DNA of 64,000 nucleotides from a phage, in sequence record PX969468.1. One strand, given 5' to 3'. The notes under the pieces are model-generated. The model was not told the DNA's origin and made no database searches. It saw only the letters and a program-made list of their open reading frames with translations. Position 1 is the first letter of the stretch; each line of letters begins with the position of its first letter. This document shows positions 1-9,397 of the stretch, piece after piece. Position numbers and translations under genes: made by a program.

Positions 1-560
1 GACAAGTTTTTCTCCTCTTTGTCAAGTGCTGCATGAAAAATTTACAAACTGGTATGGTAGCATTTTTGCGGCCCTGTTTACATTCAGGAGTGTATGTATA
101 ACCCTTGTTGTGTGGGCGTTTAGACGTCTGGACGGTCAGAAGTCCGCAGGTTAATATCTAATCTATTGGTCGCTAACTATATCCCCCACAAATAATAAGA
201 AATGCAATTGTTATGTGCGTAAACAGTGACTCATGTTATCAATCCCTGTATGTATCGCCAGTGGTGCGCATAATGGGTATTATGTTAAATTGCCCGTAAT
301 GATAACTATTCTCACAATGATAGGTATTCTCATTCAACCCCGCAAAACAGGTTGCAAATGTTGTGCCACTGTGTGAACGGCCTCACCTATTAATCTGCCT
401 CACTGCCCCGATATTTGAGAATTGTTATAAGAATGAGAAGTATTCCCATTTCGTCCGCCTGGCAGCACTCCAGTCGCTACCGGCTCCTGACAGGGAAGCA
501 CTCCTGTTGGTCAGGTCAAAATCGTGGTATAACTGGGTCTATTCAGATATTTCTGGCTGA

Positions 561-1748
561 CTCTTCAGGTCTGTGTGGGAAAAGCCAACCCCTCCGGCGG
601 CTGGGAGGGGGTCAATTAAAAAATTTACGTGGTGTATGAAGCGCTCTTCAGGTAAGGCATGTATTATGGGATGAAACCCTCTTCAGGCAATGATATTTGT
701 AGGTGTGATATTTGCTGGAGAGCCAGATATGACGGGACTCCCGGCGGGGCAGGGGTAGTACAGACAGGGAAAATATGGGGATGTAGTTGGGTGAATTGAT
801 CAGGCAGGTAGAGTATGGAATATGTTACAAGTATGTTAAATATGGAGGGTGAATATCTGCAGGATTTGTGTGTAAAATCAAAGACTTAAGTAGTGTTGTG
901 GTATTTTCTATAAATAATTCAAGTTTAATAGGTAATATTTGTCTCTATCCACTTTGTGTGGTAAACAAATTCAAATGAGGTTGGTTTACAAGTGTATACA
1001 TAATATACAAATTAAAGATACAAGAAACCCCCCTCCCCCTTCGGCTACCATTCACCTTTTCCTCTGACTGGTACTTAAACACTTATTCAGACTCTTCAGG
1101 TTATCACCCATATACCATATGGCAGTGACTGGTGTCCTCCGGCCCCTCTTTCGTCACCCGTCCGCTTCGCCATGCTAATGCCATAGCCAAATGTTCGGTT
1201 GTTCACCCTGTTCACTCAGGTGTATCTCCATACCCCTTCAAACCGAAGAGAACAGAAAACCCGAATTACTCGGTAAAAGAAAAGAGAAGAACTTAATTTT
1301 ATCAGGATAGGCAAGAATGTCAAGGCATGACTGCTCACTAAACAAGCAAACAGTCATGTGTGGGAGGTAAGTGATTGTGGTGGTGGGAAATTTAGTTGAA
1401 AGATGGGTTATAGGTGCTTCCAGCACTTTAGCCGGGCAGCTAATTGTGTGTCAGTCCAGCGGTTCATCCTCTACTTCACTGAAATCAATGTTCATGGTCT
1501 CTTCCCAACCATCGATCTCAGCACAAGAGTGGAGTTATTTAGGGTTTACTCCCAAAGCCTCAGCAACAGAGTCTATATTTAACACCTCTGGCAGGTATGA
1601 TTCATCGAATTCAAGGTAAATCAGGCCACGAGTGTTGTCAGCTCCACCAAATATTTCTATCTTCATGAAATCTCCTCTGGAAATGAGAGTGTGAACAGGG
1701 TTTTATACGTTCCAATGCACTGGAATTATACACGTTTGCCTCTTCAGG
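561..1748 (+). repeat. Five same-orientation copies of the 9-mer CTCTTCAGG (561-569, 644-652, 679-687, 1092-1100, 1740-1748) in an ORF-poor region
   Basis: Read directly from the sequence. About 0.2 copies per strand would be expected by chance in 64 kb. Region 1-1240 has no convincing ORF with an RBS. Confidence 0.5.
1535..1666 (-). CDS. hypothetical small protein (43 aa)
   Basis: ATG preceded by AGGAGA at 4 nt spacing. Below the ORF-track size cutoff. MKIEIFGGADNTRGLIYLEF... Confidence 0.35.
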   Translation of the reverse strand: MKIEIFGGADNTRGLIYLEFDESYLPEVLNIDSVAEALGVNPK

Positions 1749-1787
1749 CCATGCTTTAGCATGAGGAATCTGTGTGGGCTCGGTGCT

Positions 1788-2201
1788 TCATAGTCTACCG
1801 CCCCTAAACTCTTCGTGCTCAGGCATAATAGAGAACCAGATATCTACGATGTCCTCCCACGTCAGGTCATCAGCCTCAGGATCTACCTGGAGCGAAGATG
1901 AAGAGTCATCAGAATCGAAGTTTTCCTCTTTCACTGGCTCAGCCAATGGACATATGGTCACTCCTTCAAATGTCTCTTCAGATACATGTGTGTTGATCAT
2001 GTTCCACCCGTGAGTATTCCGGCAACAGCCGCTATGGACGTAATGATCATCAGGATCACCACTAAAACTTCGGACAGTGTTTTCATTGTGTATTCCATAT
2101 TCTCCAAATGATGTGTGGATATTATCACCGGAGCGGCAATGTGTCAACAGAAACGCCGCGAGGGTTTGGTTAAAATCCGAGCGTATGGTGATTTGGGTCA
2201 A
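1788..2201 (-). CDS. hypothetical acidic protein; start uncertain
   Basis: Track ORF with acidic C-terminus. An alternative 33-aa hydrophobic ORF (1997..2098) overlaps it in another frame. Confidence 0.3.
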   Translation of the reverse strand: MTQITIRSDFNQTLAAFLLTHCRSGDNIHTSFGEYGIHNENTVRSFSGDPDDHYVHSGCCRNTHGWNMINTHVSEETFEGVTICPLAEPVKEENFDSDDSSSSLQVDPEADDLTWEDIVDIWFSIMPEHEEFRGGRL

Positions 2202-2359
2202 AACGGACGTGCGTTCTCGCTACGCTCGAAAAGAGAGTTGTTTGTAGGAAGCTCTTAAACGCTCTGTAATGAGATTATCTGTCCAAGGTATGCAATCGTG
2301 CACCAGATAAAGAAAAGGACGCCACAGAGCGTCCTAGGTGTCTTAAATTTGATATTTTG

Positions 2360-2659
2360 CTATACCCATGATGGCTTATCAAGGTTGGAGTAGCTGAAAG
2401 GTGTCAAAAGGTGACTGTCAAAATCTCTCAAACTATCCAGATCTTTTTCCTCGTCCTGACACCATCTGTGCCTGCATTTATTGTTGTAGTGCATAGAATG
2501 CATGGCGTTCTGCAACTTAACAGGCACAAGCGATTCAGGAGTAGATAGTATTGTTGGGTATGCCAGAACCACTTCAAACAGTGGAAACACATCGAAACTA
2601 AAATCTACCTCTGCAGAGGTTGATGGCATGTAGGAGTATTTAGCCGCCTTTGTAGACAT
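2360..2659 (-). CDS. hypothetical protein
   Basis: Track ORF; start moved to the ATG preceded by GAGGTGG. Confidence 0.5.
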   Translation of the reverse strand: MSTKAAKYSYMPSTSAEVDFSFDVFPLFEVVLAYPTILSTPESLVPVKLQNAMHSMHYNNKCRHRWCQDEEKDLDSLRDFDSHLLTPFSYSNLDKPSWV

Positions 2660-2667
2660 AATCCACC

Positions 2668-3000
2668 TCACACAGGTTTGATAATACCTTCACCGAATAA
2701 CTCTTCGTATCTAATCTTATCCGGATCCCACTCCTGGATAATTTCGAAGATAATATCCAACCCTGGGATAATCACTTCTCCGGTATCAAGCTTAGCAAGA
2801 ACAAAACCGGAAGGTTGAATGGTTTCCCAGTTACGGCGATCAGAATAAAATACTTCGAAAATATCACCAACCTCAATCCGTTTCTGTTGCTCAAGATGCT
2901 CAAGGTTCTCTTTCATACGGATGCAGCGGATTTTTCGTGCAGGCCATAGACCACCTGCATCACGTTCATTCAATTCTTTTACAGTGATCCGTATACCCAT
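2668..3000 (-). CDS. hypothetical protein
   Basis: Track ORF in the co-oriented minus-strand gene array. Confidence 0.5.
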   Translation of the reverse strand: MGIRITVKELNERDAGGLWPARKIRCIRMKENLEHLEQQKRIEVGDIFEVFYSDRRNWETIQPSGFVLAKLDTGEVIIPGLDIIFEIIQEWDPDKIRYEELFGEGIIKPV

Positions 3001-3027
3001 CTCAAATCTCCTTCATAGATAGTAAAA

Positions 3028-3047
3028 AGAGGGGCCCAAGCCCCTCT
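3028..3047 (-). terminator. rho-independent terminator-like hairpin (AGAGGGGC-CCAA-GCCCCTCT)
   Basis: Perfect 8-bp GC-rich stem with 4-nt loop, followed on the minus strand by a T-rich run, just downstream of CDS 3056..3361. Confidence 0.6.
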
Positions 3048-3055
3048 CTTTGTCA

Positions 3056-3361
3056 TTATTCTACAGAGCGTTTGAACAGAATGTCTGCCTCGGACATGTG
3101 CTCAACCTCTTCTTCGATTTTAGCTCGACGTTTTTCAGCCTCATAGCGAATATCGAACTCGGTAGCCACCAGAGATTTGATGAATTTAGGAGAATACAGG
3201 TGATCCTGCTTCTCAACGAGAATGATATCCTTAATGGCATCTTTCAGATCTTTAATCTGAAGTTGGAGTTCCACCAGTTCTTCGATTGTCTTGCGAAGGC
3301 GATCACGCTCTGCAGTGTCAGAAGGAAGGGAGGTGAACAGTTCAACTTTAGATTTAGCCAT
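3056..3361 (-). CDS. hypothetical coiled-coil protein
   Basis: Track ORF; charged heptad-like sequence. Confidence 0.5.
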   Translation of the reverse strand: MAKSKVELFTSLPSDTAERDRLRKTIEELVELQLQIKDLKDAIKDIILVEKQDHLYSPKFIKSLVATEFDIRYEAEKRRAKIEEEVEHMSEADILFKRSVE

Positions 3362-3389
3362 AGTAAGAGTCTCCTTATGTTGTTTTAAA

Positions 3390-3641
3390 TTAACGTTCTA
3401 CAAAAATACCGTTCAGCTCAATAACCAGGAATTTCTGGTCTTCACTATCGTCTCGTGCCAGCACCTCACAGACGTATCGGTCATCTCCATCATCATCGCA
3501 GTCAAATACAAGACTGAGGACTTTATCATGATAAACCTTCGCCACTACCGCCTCGTAAGTATTGCCGATTGTGAATCCAAGATAATCTCCAATGCATTTG
3601 ACAACAACATGATCGCCAGCATTCAAGTCAATCTTCGTCAT
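3390..3641 (-). CDS. hypothetical protein
   Basis: Track ORF; start moved to the internal ATG (MTKIDLN...) preceded by AAGGAG. Confidence 0.5.
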   Translation of the reverse strand: MTKIDLNAGDHVVVKCIGDYLGFTIGNTYEAVVAKVYHDKVLSLVFDCDDDGDDRYVCEVLARDDSEDQKFLVIELNGIFVER

Positions 3642-3796
3642 TACTGCGCTCCTTGGGTAATAATACTGTATGTAAAACTTTAACCAGAGATGTGAATAAC
3701 GCCCCAAAACACACTGATAGCGCTAAAACAGACAAGGCCATCATTAAAGCTTCAGTAAAATCAGTCATTCCTCACCTCTTGTTAGTCACTATACTA

Positions 3797-4060
3797 TCAT
3801 TTATCCTCGCCGTCAAGAACTTTTTTAAATCTTTCAGGTATGTCACCCGTTCTTAGATAGTTCATGACCTCACAAGGTTCCCACTTGAATTTCTTACAGA
3901 GCAGGGCGGCTGAGATTGTCTCATTGCGGAAAGAAAGGATATTAATATCCCACTCTGAGAACCCTAATTTCCGAAGAGTGGCTATAGAAATCCTCACAGC
4001 AACCCAGCAAGAGAGGCACGCAACAAACGCCACTGCTATAACCCACATCAGGATGTTCAT
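3797..4060 (-). CDS. hypothetical membrane protein (N-terminal TM helix)
   Basis: Track ORF; hydrophobic N-terminus; GAGGTG upstream of the ATG. Confidence 0.5.
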   Translation of the reverse strand: MNILMWVIAVAFVACLSCWVAVRISIATLRKLGFSEWDINILSFRNETISAALLCKKFKWEPCEVMNYLRTGDIPERFKKVLDGEDK

Positions 4061-4069
4061 ACAAGCACC

Positions 4070-4153
4070 TCACTGAAATACAAGACACAGTGTTAAGGTT
4101 ACTGACCAGCAAATAATTAACAGTGCCGTTGCAACCTTGGCAAGATTTATCAT
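4070..4153 (-). CDS. small hydrophobic peptide (27 aa)
   Basis: ATG overlaps the stop of the upstream gene (ATGA coupling). MINLAKVATALLIICWSVTLTLCLVFQ. Confidence 0.35.
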   Translation of the reverse strand: MINLAKVATALLIICWSVTLTLCLVFQ

Positions 4154-4437
4154 AGTGCCTCTAAGATTTCATATCCTTCGGGTCGGAATACAAGCCACTC
4201 CGTGGCTCCGTTTGGTCGATACGCTTTATACAGAACAACCTGATCTCGGCACATGCACATAGCTACATAGTTTTCATCCACACCTGCAGCCTGCATTGCA
4301 GCTTCTTCTCCGGCAACTGCTTTGCTTACAACCTCCTTGGTAGGCAGGTGTGCGATCAGCTCGTCACCATCATTAATTCCAAAATGGCTGAGCTCCCCAT
4401 TGGTATCTTTAATCTTAATCTTAACCAGATCTTTCAT
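4150..4437 (-). CDS. hypothetical protein
   Basis: Track ORF; tight coupling with neighbours. Confidence 0.5.
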   Translation of the reverse strand: MKDLVKIKIKDTNGELSHFGINDGDELIAHLPTKEVVSKAVAGEEAAMQAAGVDENYVAMCMCRDQVVLYKAYRPNGATEWLVFRPEGYEILEAL

Positions 4438-4766
4438 TAGTCTTCCTCCAGGTTCAAAGGCCCTAAGATTTCATATGCCAGATTAGAAGTTACCAGAGGG
4501 TCTTCTGCATCTTTAGTATTATACCACCCGTGAATAACCAGAGTCCCACTCTGTTTCATATCCAACTGGAACTGTTCTGCAGTTTCCTCATCCATCTCTA
4601 AGATCTCCATGAGGTATTTGATGTTAGGAAGGTATGCAGCTGTTACAGTTCCCTCCACCAAACCTTCGGGCCAACCTACATCTGGATGACAAGTAGGAAC
4701 CAGGTTGGTCAGCTTAATGGTGTACGCTTTTTCTGCACGAGCCTTCAGTAACGGGTCAATCTTCAT
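4437..4766 (-). CDS. hypothetical protein
   Basis: Track ORF; overlapping stop/start with neighbours. Confidence 0.5.
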   Translation of the reverse strand: MKIDPLLKARAEKAYTIKLTNLVPTCHPDVGWPEGLVEGTVTAAYLPNIKYLMEILEMDEETAEQFQLDMKQSGTLVIHGWYNTKDAEDPLVTSNLAYEILGPLNLEED

Positions 4767-5116
4767 TATTCGTCCTCCTCTTCGGTGCCTGCTTCCAGTA
4801 ATAAGTTAAGAATATCTTCTGCACAAGGCTCATAGAACTCTTGGCCTTCATTATCGATGATTTTGTAGTCATCTCCACGAATAATCAGAGGATCACTCTC
4901 AAAATTATCGAGGCCTTTAACAACGACAACACGATCGATTGCCATCATTGTAAGAACTTTATCGACATCTTCCTCTGCTACACCATACTGCAGCAGAATG
5001 TCTTTGGTAGGAGGAACAGCATCCACCACAACGCCGTTACCAAAACCTTCCGGAAGTTTAGCTAAAATATCTTCCGGAACCACATTCACATCAAAACCGG
5101 TAATTTCTACTTTCAT
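4766..5116 (-). CDS. hypothetical small acidic protein (paralog family A)
   Basis: Track ORF; MKVEITG... N-terminus and acidic C-terminus shared with other family members. Confidence 0.5.
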   Translation of the reverse strand: MKVEITGFDVNVVPEDILAKLPEGFGNGVVVDAVPPTKDILLQYGVAEEDVDKVLTMMAIDRVVVVKGLDNFESDPLIIRGDDYKIIDNEGQEFYEPCAEDILNLLLEAGTEEEDE

Positions 5117-5365
5117 TTACAGCACCTCTTCGTCAACTAATTCATAAAAATGACCAGGAATCATGATTGGATCGTCCTCTTCCCCAATGAAGAGAGTGCC
5201 GTCCATAATTAGCATAATCATTGTTGCCGCACCATCTTCTGCAAAACTATTTACCATTTCTCGGGTAGGAATTTGTGCTTCAATGATATCCCCGTTTTTA
5301 AATGGAAAATCGAAATCGATACCTTCTAAAGCGGCCTCATCAATATTCTTAAGTTTAATTTTCAT
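5117..5365 (-). CDS. hypothetical small acidic protein (paralog family A)
   Basis: Start moved to MKIKLKN..., preceded by AGGAGA. Confidence 0.5.
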   Translation of the reverse strand: MKIKLKNIDEAALEGIDFDFPFKNGDIIEAQIPTREMVNSFAEDGAATMIMLIMDGTLFIGEEDDPIMIPGHFYELVDEEVL

Positions 5366-5445
5366 TATTAAAATCTCCTGTTTTGTTAAGATGGATGTAT
5401 TATTGCACACAGGGTTGGCGTTGTCAATACCTGTGTGCAAGAAAA

Positions 5446-5841
5446 TCACTGAAACAATGCGGATAAATTACCTTCTGGTGGGAACTTATCTGCCAAAAAC
5501 GGTGTTAGCACAGTAGCCTTCTGAAGATCTGGGGTCCACTCGTTGTTCAGAACATCCCAGTAGTACGCAATGTTGCTGTGCGGGTGCCGCATTACGAACT
5601 TTTTCCCTTCGTAGTCATCTGAAACCTCTACAGAAGAAATAACAACAGAATCTTCAAGGGTTTCTTCATAGAAAGACCCGCCTTCAAATTTCCAACGAGA
5701 TGCAAGAGCCCCTGCCTTGAACGCTGCAGATAACGGACTGTCGGCAAGAACATACATTTCTTGCACTCTGTCGCTGCGATCTTTGCTTCTTACGTTGTAC
5801 ACAGTATCTGAGCTATACTCAACACGGTATAGGCTTACCAT
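5446..5841 (-). CDS. hypothetical protein (paralog family B)
   Basis: Shares the C-terminal motif FV..HP.S....YW.....WTP with CDS 7652..8050. Confidence 0.5.
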   Translation of the reverse strand: MVSLYRVEYSSDTVYNVRSKDRSDRVQEMYVLADSPLSAAFKAGALASRWKFEGGSFYEETLEDSVVISSVEVSDDYEGKKFVMRHPHSNIAYYWDVLNNEWTPDLQKATVLTPFLADKFPPEGNLSALFQ

Positions 5842-6200
5842 TACCGCACCTCCTCAATAACTTCCACATCTGAACCCACCACAAATGCAAAAGGACAGGT
5901 TTCATGAAAGACATCCGGATCGCCGCCAAGCTTGCTAACAATTTCTCCACCACTAATAAACACAAGCTCACCGATATTCATCAGATTGCTGAAATAGTAT
6001 CCATAATGATTAAAGAATGCAGCCGGGTCAGGTAAACTAGTAGCCTCAAGTTCTACATCGTTTGAGATTACTTTCCTATCATAACCTCTCGCCTTCTGAG
6101 ATGCAAGATCTGCAGAATCTTCAGGCGACCGGAGATGCACAGGAATTGTTTCACCAATAAATCGTACTTTCATATTCTCACCCAACAACCATAGCTTCAA
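5841..6200 (-). CDS. hypothetical protein (paralog family A-like, ends ...DVEVIEEVR)
   Basis: Track ORF; C-terminus resembles 8052..8306 and 8296..8523. Confidence 0.45.
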   Translation of the reverse strand: MKLWLLGENMKVRFIGETIPVHLRSPEDSADLASQKARGYDRKVISNDVELEATSLPDPAAFFNHYGYYFSNLMNIGELVFISGGEIVSKLGGDPDVFHETCPFAFVVGSDVEVIEEVR

Positions 6201-6441
6201 AAGGAGTCATGAACGAATAAACGGCATCATCATCTGCTTCAGGGAATGCTCCCAAAGACTTCATGTCTGAGCCCTTGACAAATACAAGGTTTTGATCAAA
6301 AGCTTCTTGGGGATCAATCCGATACATATCTCGTAGAATATCGCTTACCTCCTCATCAAGAGGTGAGTATGCTGTGCACGTTTTTCCGATCAAGCTTTGA
6401 GAATCAGGGTATCCACCTGAAGTTTTAAAATAAACAATCAT
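6178..6441 (-). CDS. hypothetical protein
   Basis: Track ORF; GAGGTGAT upstream of the ATG. Confidence 0.45.
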   Translation of the reverse strand: MIVYFKTSGGYPDSQSLIGKTCTAYSPLDEEVSDILRDMYRIDPQEAFDQNLVFVKGSDMKSLGAFPEADDDAVYSFMTPFEAMVVG

Positions 6442-6536
6442 ATAGTATCACCTCTGGCAAGAGATGGGGATTCCTTTCCCACAAATAATTACAAACTTTT
6501 CTTTTTATTGAGAGAAGTATGCTAATCCAAGCAGGA

Positions 6537-6806
6537 TTACTCTTCTACAATCTCATACACATCAGGAGTTACAATCAACTCTTCTCCGTTACCCGGTGCA
6601 ACAAACACCACCAAGCCTTCAGGTGTGTGCTTTTTAGCCATCTCGATAACATCTTCTCGCAGGGCTGGCTCCATCAGATCAAAGCCTTCACCCAAGGCAT
6701 CACGAACTACTTTCATGTAGTCCACTGGTTGTGCTTCAACGATCATGCCTTCAACCAGTCCACAGTTTTTGTCTGCCAGCTCAGTTTTGAATAATTTAAT
6801 TTTCAT
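6537..6806 (-). CDS. hypothetical small acidic protein (paralog family A)
   Basis: MKIKLFKTE... start and ...YEIVEE end. Confidence 0.5.
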   Translation of the reverse strand: MKIKLFKTELADKNCGLVEGMIVEAQPVDYMKVVRDALGEGFDLMEPALREDVIEMAKKHTPEGLVVFVAPGNGEELIVTPDVYEIVEE

Positions 6807-6832
6807 TTAGAGGTCTCCTCAATTATTTGATA

Positions 6833-6934
6833 TTAATAGCCGTAACCTAACATATTAACTACAACTGCGATTGCAAACATAATTTCAAAGCATGCAATCT
6901 CTACATTTGGGACTAATTTCTTAATCACTCCCAT
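6833..6934 (-). CDS. small hydrophobic peptide (33 aa)
   Basis: ATG preceded by GAGGTG at 6 nt, immediately downstream of the HPF-like gene. MGVIKKLVPNVEIACFEIMFAIAVVVNMLGYGY. Confidence 0.4.
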   Translation of the reverse strand: MGVIKKLVPNVEIACFEIMFAIAVVVNMLGYGY

Positions 6935-6943
6935 TATAGCACC

Positions 6944-7261
6944 TCATTCTCCAAAGTCAATCTTTACTTTGCCTTTCCCCTTACCTTTCTTTCCACCGCA
7001 CTTAGCCAGCTGACGTGCTGCAACATCTACCATACGGTCAGTTGCCTCGTAAGCGTCACTGCCTTTAGCTTTGGCAATAACTTCTTTTCCGGAAGTGTCA
7101 AAAATGAACGCCATGACTTCCTGGTGATCATTTTCAACTTTTACACTTACACGTGCATGATTTACAGAAGGATGTAGACGCTCCAGTTTTGACATTTTGT
7201 GGGAAATGAAAGACACCATGCCTTCAGTGATTTCTACGTTGCCAGTGATTTCAATCTGCAT
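6944..7261 (-). CDS. ribosome hibernation promoting factor / RaiA (YfiA) family protein
   Basis: 105 aa; MQIEITGNVEITEGMVSFISHKMSKLERL... and ...DAYEATDRMVDVAARQLAK align by eye with E. coli RaiA/HPF; Lys/Gly-rich tail. Confidence 0.65.
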   Translation of the reverse strand: MQIEITGNVEITEGMVSFISHKMSKLERLHPSVNHARVSVKVENDHQEVMAFIFDTSGKEVIAKAKGSDAYEATDRMVDVAARQLAKCGGKKGKGKGKVKIDFGE

Positions 7262-7343
7262 AACGTGCTCCTTTTAAAGAAGAGGGAACCAAACCCTCTT
7301 TGAAAATAATGATACTAAAGATCAAGTGTTGTGTCAACAGTTT

Positions 7344-7634
7344 TTACAGCTTGTCGTCGATAGTTTTTAAAATATCTACTGCAAGATCTGCCATTTTACG
7401 AACATACTCTGCAAACTCAACAGGATCCTTGATCAATGAGTTCACAGGGTCATACCCTAAAGCGTTTAAAATGGCTACAGCATCCACGACCTTCTCATCA
7501 TTTGCGAAGATCTCACCGTCAAACTTGTAGGTCCATTTTGAGTCAATCTTGGCATGGCAGGATTGGTCCATGCTTATTACACCATCTTTTTTAAACGATT
7601 CGGTGTTATCAGTGTCTAAAACTAAATCCATCAT
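7344..7634 (-). CDS. hypothetical protein
   Basis: Track ORF. Confidence 0.5.
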   Translation of the reverse strand: MMDLVLDTDNTESFKKDGVISMDQSCHAKIDSKWTYKFDGEIFANDEKVVDAVAILNALGYDPVNSLIKDPVEFAEYVRKMADLAVDILKTIDDKL

Positions 7635-7651
7635 GTAAGTACCCCACTATT

Positions 7652-8050
7652 TCAGCTTATCTTTTCTTCAACAACCCCATAGCTTGGGGCAGAGTCAAGA
7701 GCTTTCTGGTTTAAAAGTGGTGTAGCAGAATCTGCAAACGGTGTCCAGGTTTTTGTTCTGGCATTCCAGTAATGCTTCACTCTAGAATCAGGATGCACTA
7801 TAACAAAAACTTTTTCACTTGTCAACACATTAATTTCTTCCACACCCTTGCTGATAATTTCTCCGTCATAGCCACCAGTCTGGTATCCTTCGTACCAGGT
7901 TCTTGCATAGGCATAGCCAGCCTGCCAGCATGCAGCCTCCTCCGAGGTGGAGACTACGTAAAAGTCTTTCTCAAATTCCGGAATACGCCCCTGCTTTACG
8001 CTCCAAGCTCCGCGAATTTTCATTGTTACTTTGAAAAGCTTGTTCTTCAT
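7652..8050 (-). CDS. hypothetical protein (paralog family B)
   Basis: Paralog of 5446..5841 (HPDSRVKHYWNARTKTWTP). Confidence 0.5.
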   Translation of the reverse strand: MKNKLFKVTMKIRGAWSVKQGRIPEFEKDFYVVSTSEEAACWQAGYAYARTWYEGYQTGGYDGEIISKGVEEINVLTSEKVFVIVHPDSRVKHYWNARTKTWTPFADSATPLLNQKALDSAPSYGVVEEKIS

Positions 8051-8051
8051 A

Positions 8052-8306
8052 CTACCGCTCTACAATCTCTACATCTGTTCCTACACCGAAGGCATAGTAA
8101 TGTTCTTCCCCAAAGTAATACTTGGGGACACCCGCTTTGATCAGATCTAACCCGCGAATAAATACCACACAGTGTGATACAGTGGAATGCTTCTGACGCA
8201 CAGGATCGTTGTCAGGCAACCATTCGAAGTATACCGCAGGTACAACCTTCCCTTTAAGAAAGGATTGCCCCAAGTAGACGTTAGAATCAAGAATTTTAAC
8301 CTTCAT
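8052..8306 (-). CDS. hypothetical small protein (paralog family A)
   Basis: MKVKILDS...GLDLIKAG...GTDVEIVER. Confidence 0.5.
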   Translation of the reverse strand: MKVKILDSNVYLGQSFLKGKVVPAVYFEWLPDNDPVRQKHSTVSHCVVFIRGLDLIKAGVPKYYFGEEHYYAFGVGTDVEIVER

Positions 8307-8523
8307 GATCGTCCTCCACTATCTCTACATCCTCACCTAGGGCAAAGTTGTAGGCCCACTGGCTGTCAAAGCAGTCCTGAGATGCTCCAGCGGCAATAAG
8401 ATCTGCACCCTTTATTTTTAAAAGGTCAGGATAATCTTCGTTAGGGACAGCGGTAAACACTTTACCCACTAAAGGCTCCTGACCAATATAGAAGCTTGAA
8501 TCTAAAACTTTAACTTTCATCAA
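8296..8523 (-). CDS. hypothetical small protein (paralog family A)
   Basis: MMKVKVLDS...GADLIAAG...GEDVEIVEDD; tandem duplicate of 8052..8306. Confidence 0.5.
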   Translation of the reverse strand: MMKVKVLDSSFYIGQEPLVGKVFTAVPNEDYPDLLKIKGADLIAAGASQDCFDSQWAYNFALGEDVEIVEDDHEG

Positions 8524-8804
8524 CGGTCTCCCTCAGGTGGTTGGGGGACGTAAACACTGTTACGAATCTCATCAGCGGTGTAGTAGCAGGTTTTTCCAGC
8601 CCTGTCCCTAGCAGCAATATATTCAGCTATACCTACAAGCGCCATGGCTTTGGTAGCATATCTCCCTAATTCATCTGCTCCCCAGTAGAATTTAGACCAA
8701 TATGGGATAAGTCCAAACAAATATACCTTTTGTCTCACTTCCCAATAGGTCTCTTTACTACACACCTTGAACTCCACATCTGTATCGCAAATCTTTTTCA
8801 TCAC
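8520..8804 (-). CDS. hypothetical protein
   Basis: Track ORF trimmed to the internal ATG (MKKICDTD...) that overlaps the upstream stop as ATGA. Confidence 0.45.
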   Translation of the reverse strand: MMKKICDTDVEFKVCSKETYWEVRQKVYLFGLIPYWSKFYWGADELGRYATKAMALVGIAEYIAARDRAGKTCYYTADEIRNSVYVPQPPEGDR

Positions 8805-9097
8805 TGCCCCTCTTCTGTGGTTGGATTGGTAGTAAGATATTGTGCATTGGCCGGAGGTACACCAGACATCTTCCACACAATCATACATTTATACCCAGGA
8901 ATTCTCCTAAAAGATGCTCCTGAGGTATCCGTGCAGGAATATTTCCGTTTACCGAACCCGTTCTCAAGCATGATCCAGTATCCCGTGTCTTTATCACCTG
9001 GAATTGGTAATCCCTCATCGTCCACCCACTGAATGGACCACGGCACGATGGCTACAGCTTTATATTTAAACTTTTTAAACCACTCAAAAAGTTTCAT
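8801..9097 (-). CDS. hypothetical protein
   Basis: Track ORF. Confidence 0.45.
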   Translation of the reverse strand: MKLFEWFKKFKYKAVAIVPWSIQWVDDEGLPIPGDKDTGYWIMLENGFGKRKYSCTDTSGASFRRIPGYKCMIVWKMSGVPPANAQYLTTNPTTEEGQ

Positions 9098-9100
9098 AAT

Positions 9101-9190
9101 TCAGCCTCGCATAGACATAATCACTATAAACAGGCAAACAATGAATCCGAATGCCACGCCACCCATAAACGTTAATATTGATGCAATCAT
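9101..9190 (-). CDS. small hydrophobic peptide (29 aa)
   Basis: MIASILTFMGGVAFGFIVCLFIVIMSMRG; only a weak RBS. Confidence 0.3.
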   Translation of the reverse strand: MIASILTFMGGVAFGFIVCLFIVIMSMRG

Positions 9191-9192
9191 AG

Positions 9193-9378
9193 TCAATCAG
9201 TCTCGCTTGGCAACTCTTCCACCTTAACATGCCGAAAAGTGTTACCGTAATGGTTGATCCATGACATCAGCTCACTTTCTTGCTCTTCCTCTGGAATGAA
9301 CTCTCGAATACTGACAAGTTTTAAGAAAACCCAATCACAATCTGCACCCATTCTACCAGACAGACAATAGTGCTTCAT
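9193..9378 (-). CDS. hypothetical protein
   Basis: Track ORF. Confidence 0.4.
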   Translation of the reverse strand: MKHYCLSGRMGADCDWVFLKLVSIREFIPEEEQESELMSWINHYGNTFRHVKVEELPSETD

Positions 9379-9397
9379 AAAAACCCTCCATCCTGGT

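Noticed and set aside
363-639. Two overlapping plus-strand ORFs (65 and 74 aa) in the 5' region
   Set aside because: They overlap each other in different frames, lack an RBS, and lie in a repeat- and hairpin-rich region that looks non-coding.
1238-1619. Overlapping ORFs 1238..1426 (minus) and 1371..1619 (plus)
   Set aside because: Mutually exclusive, no clear RBS, at the edge of the non-coding region; only the small RBS-preceded ORF at 1535..1666 was kept, at low confidence.
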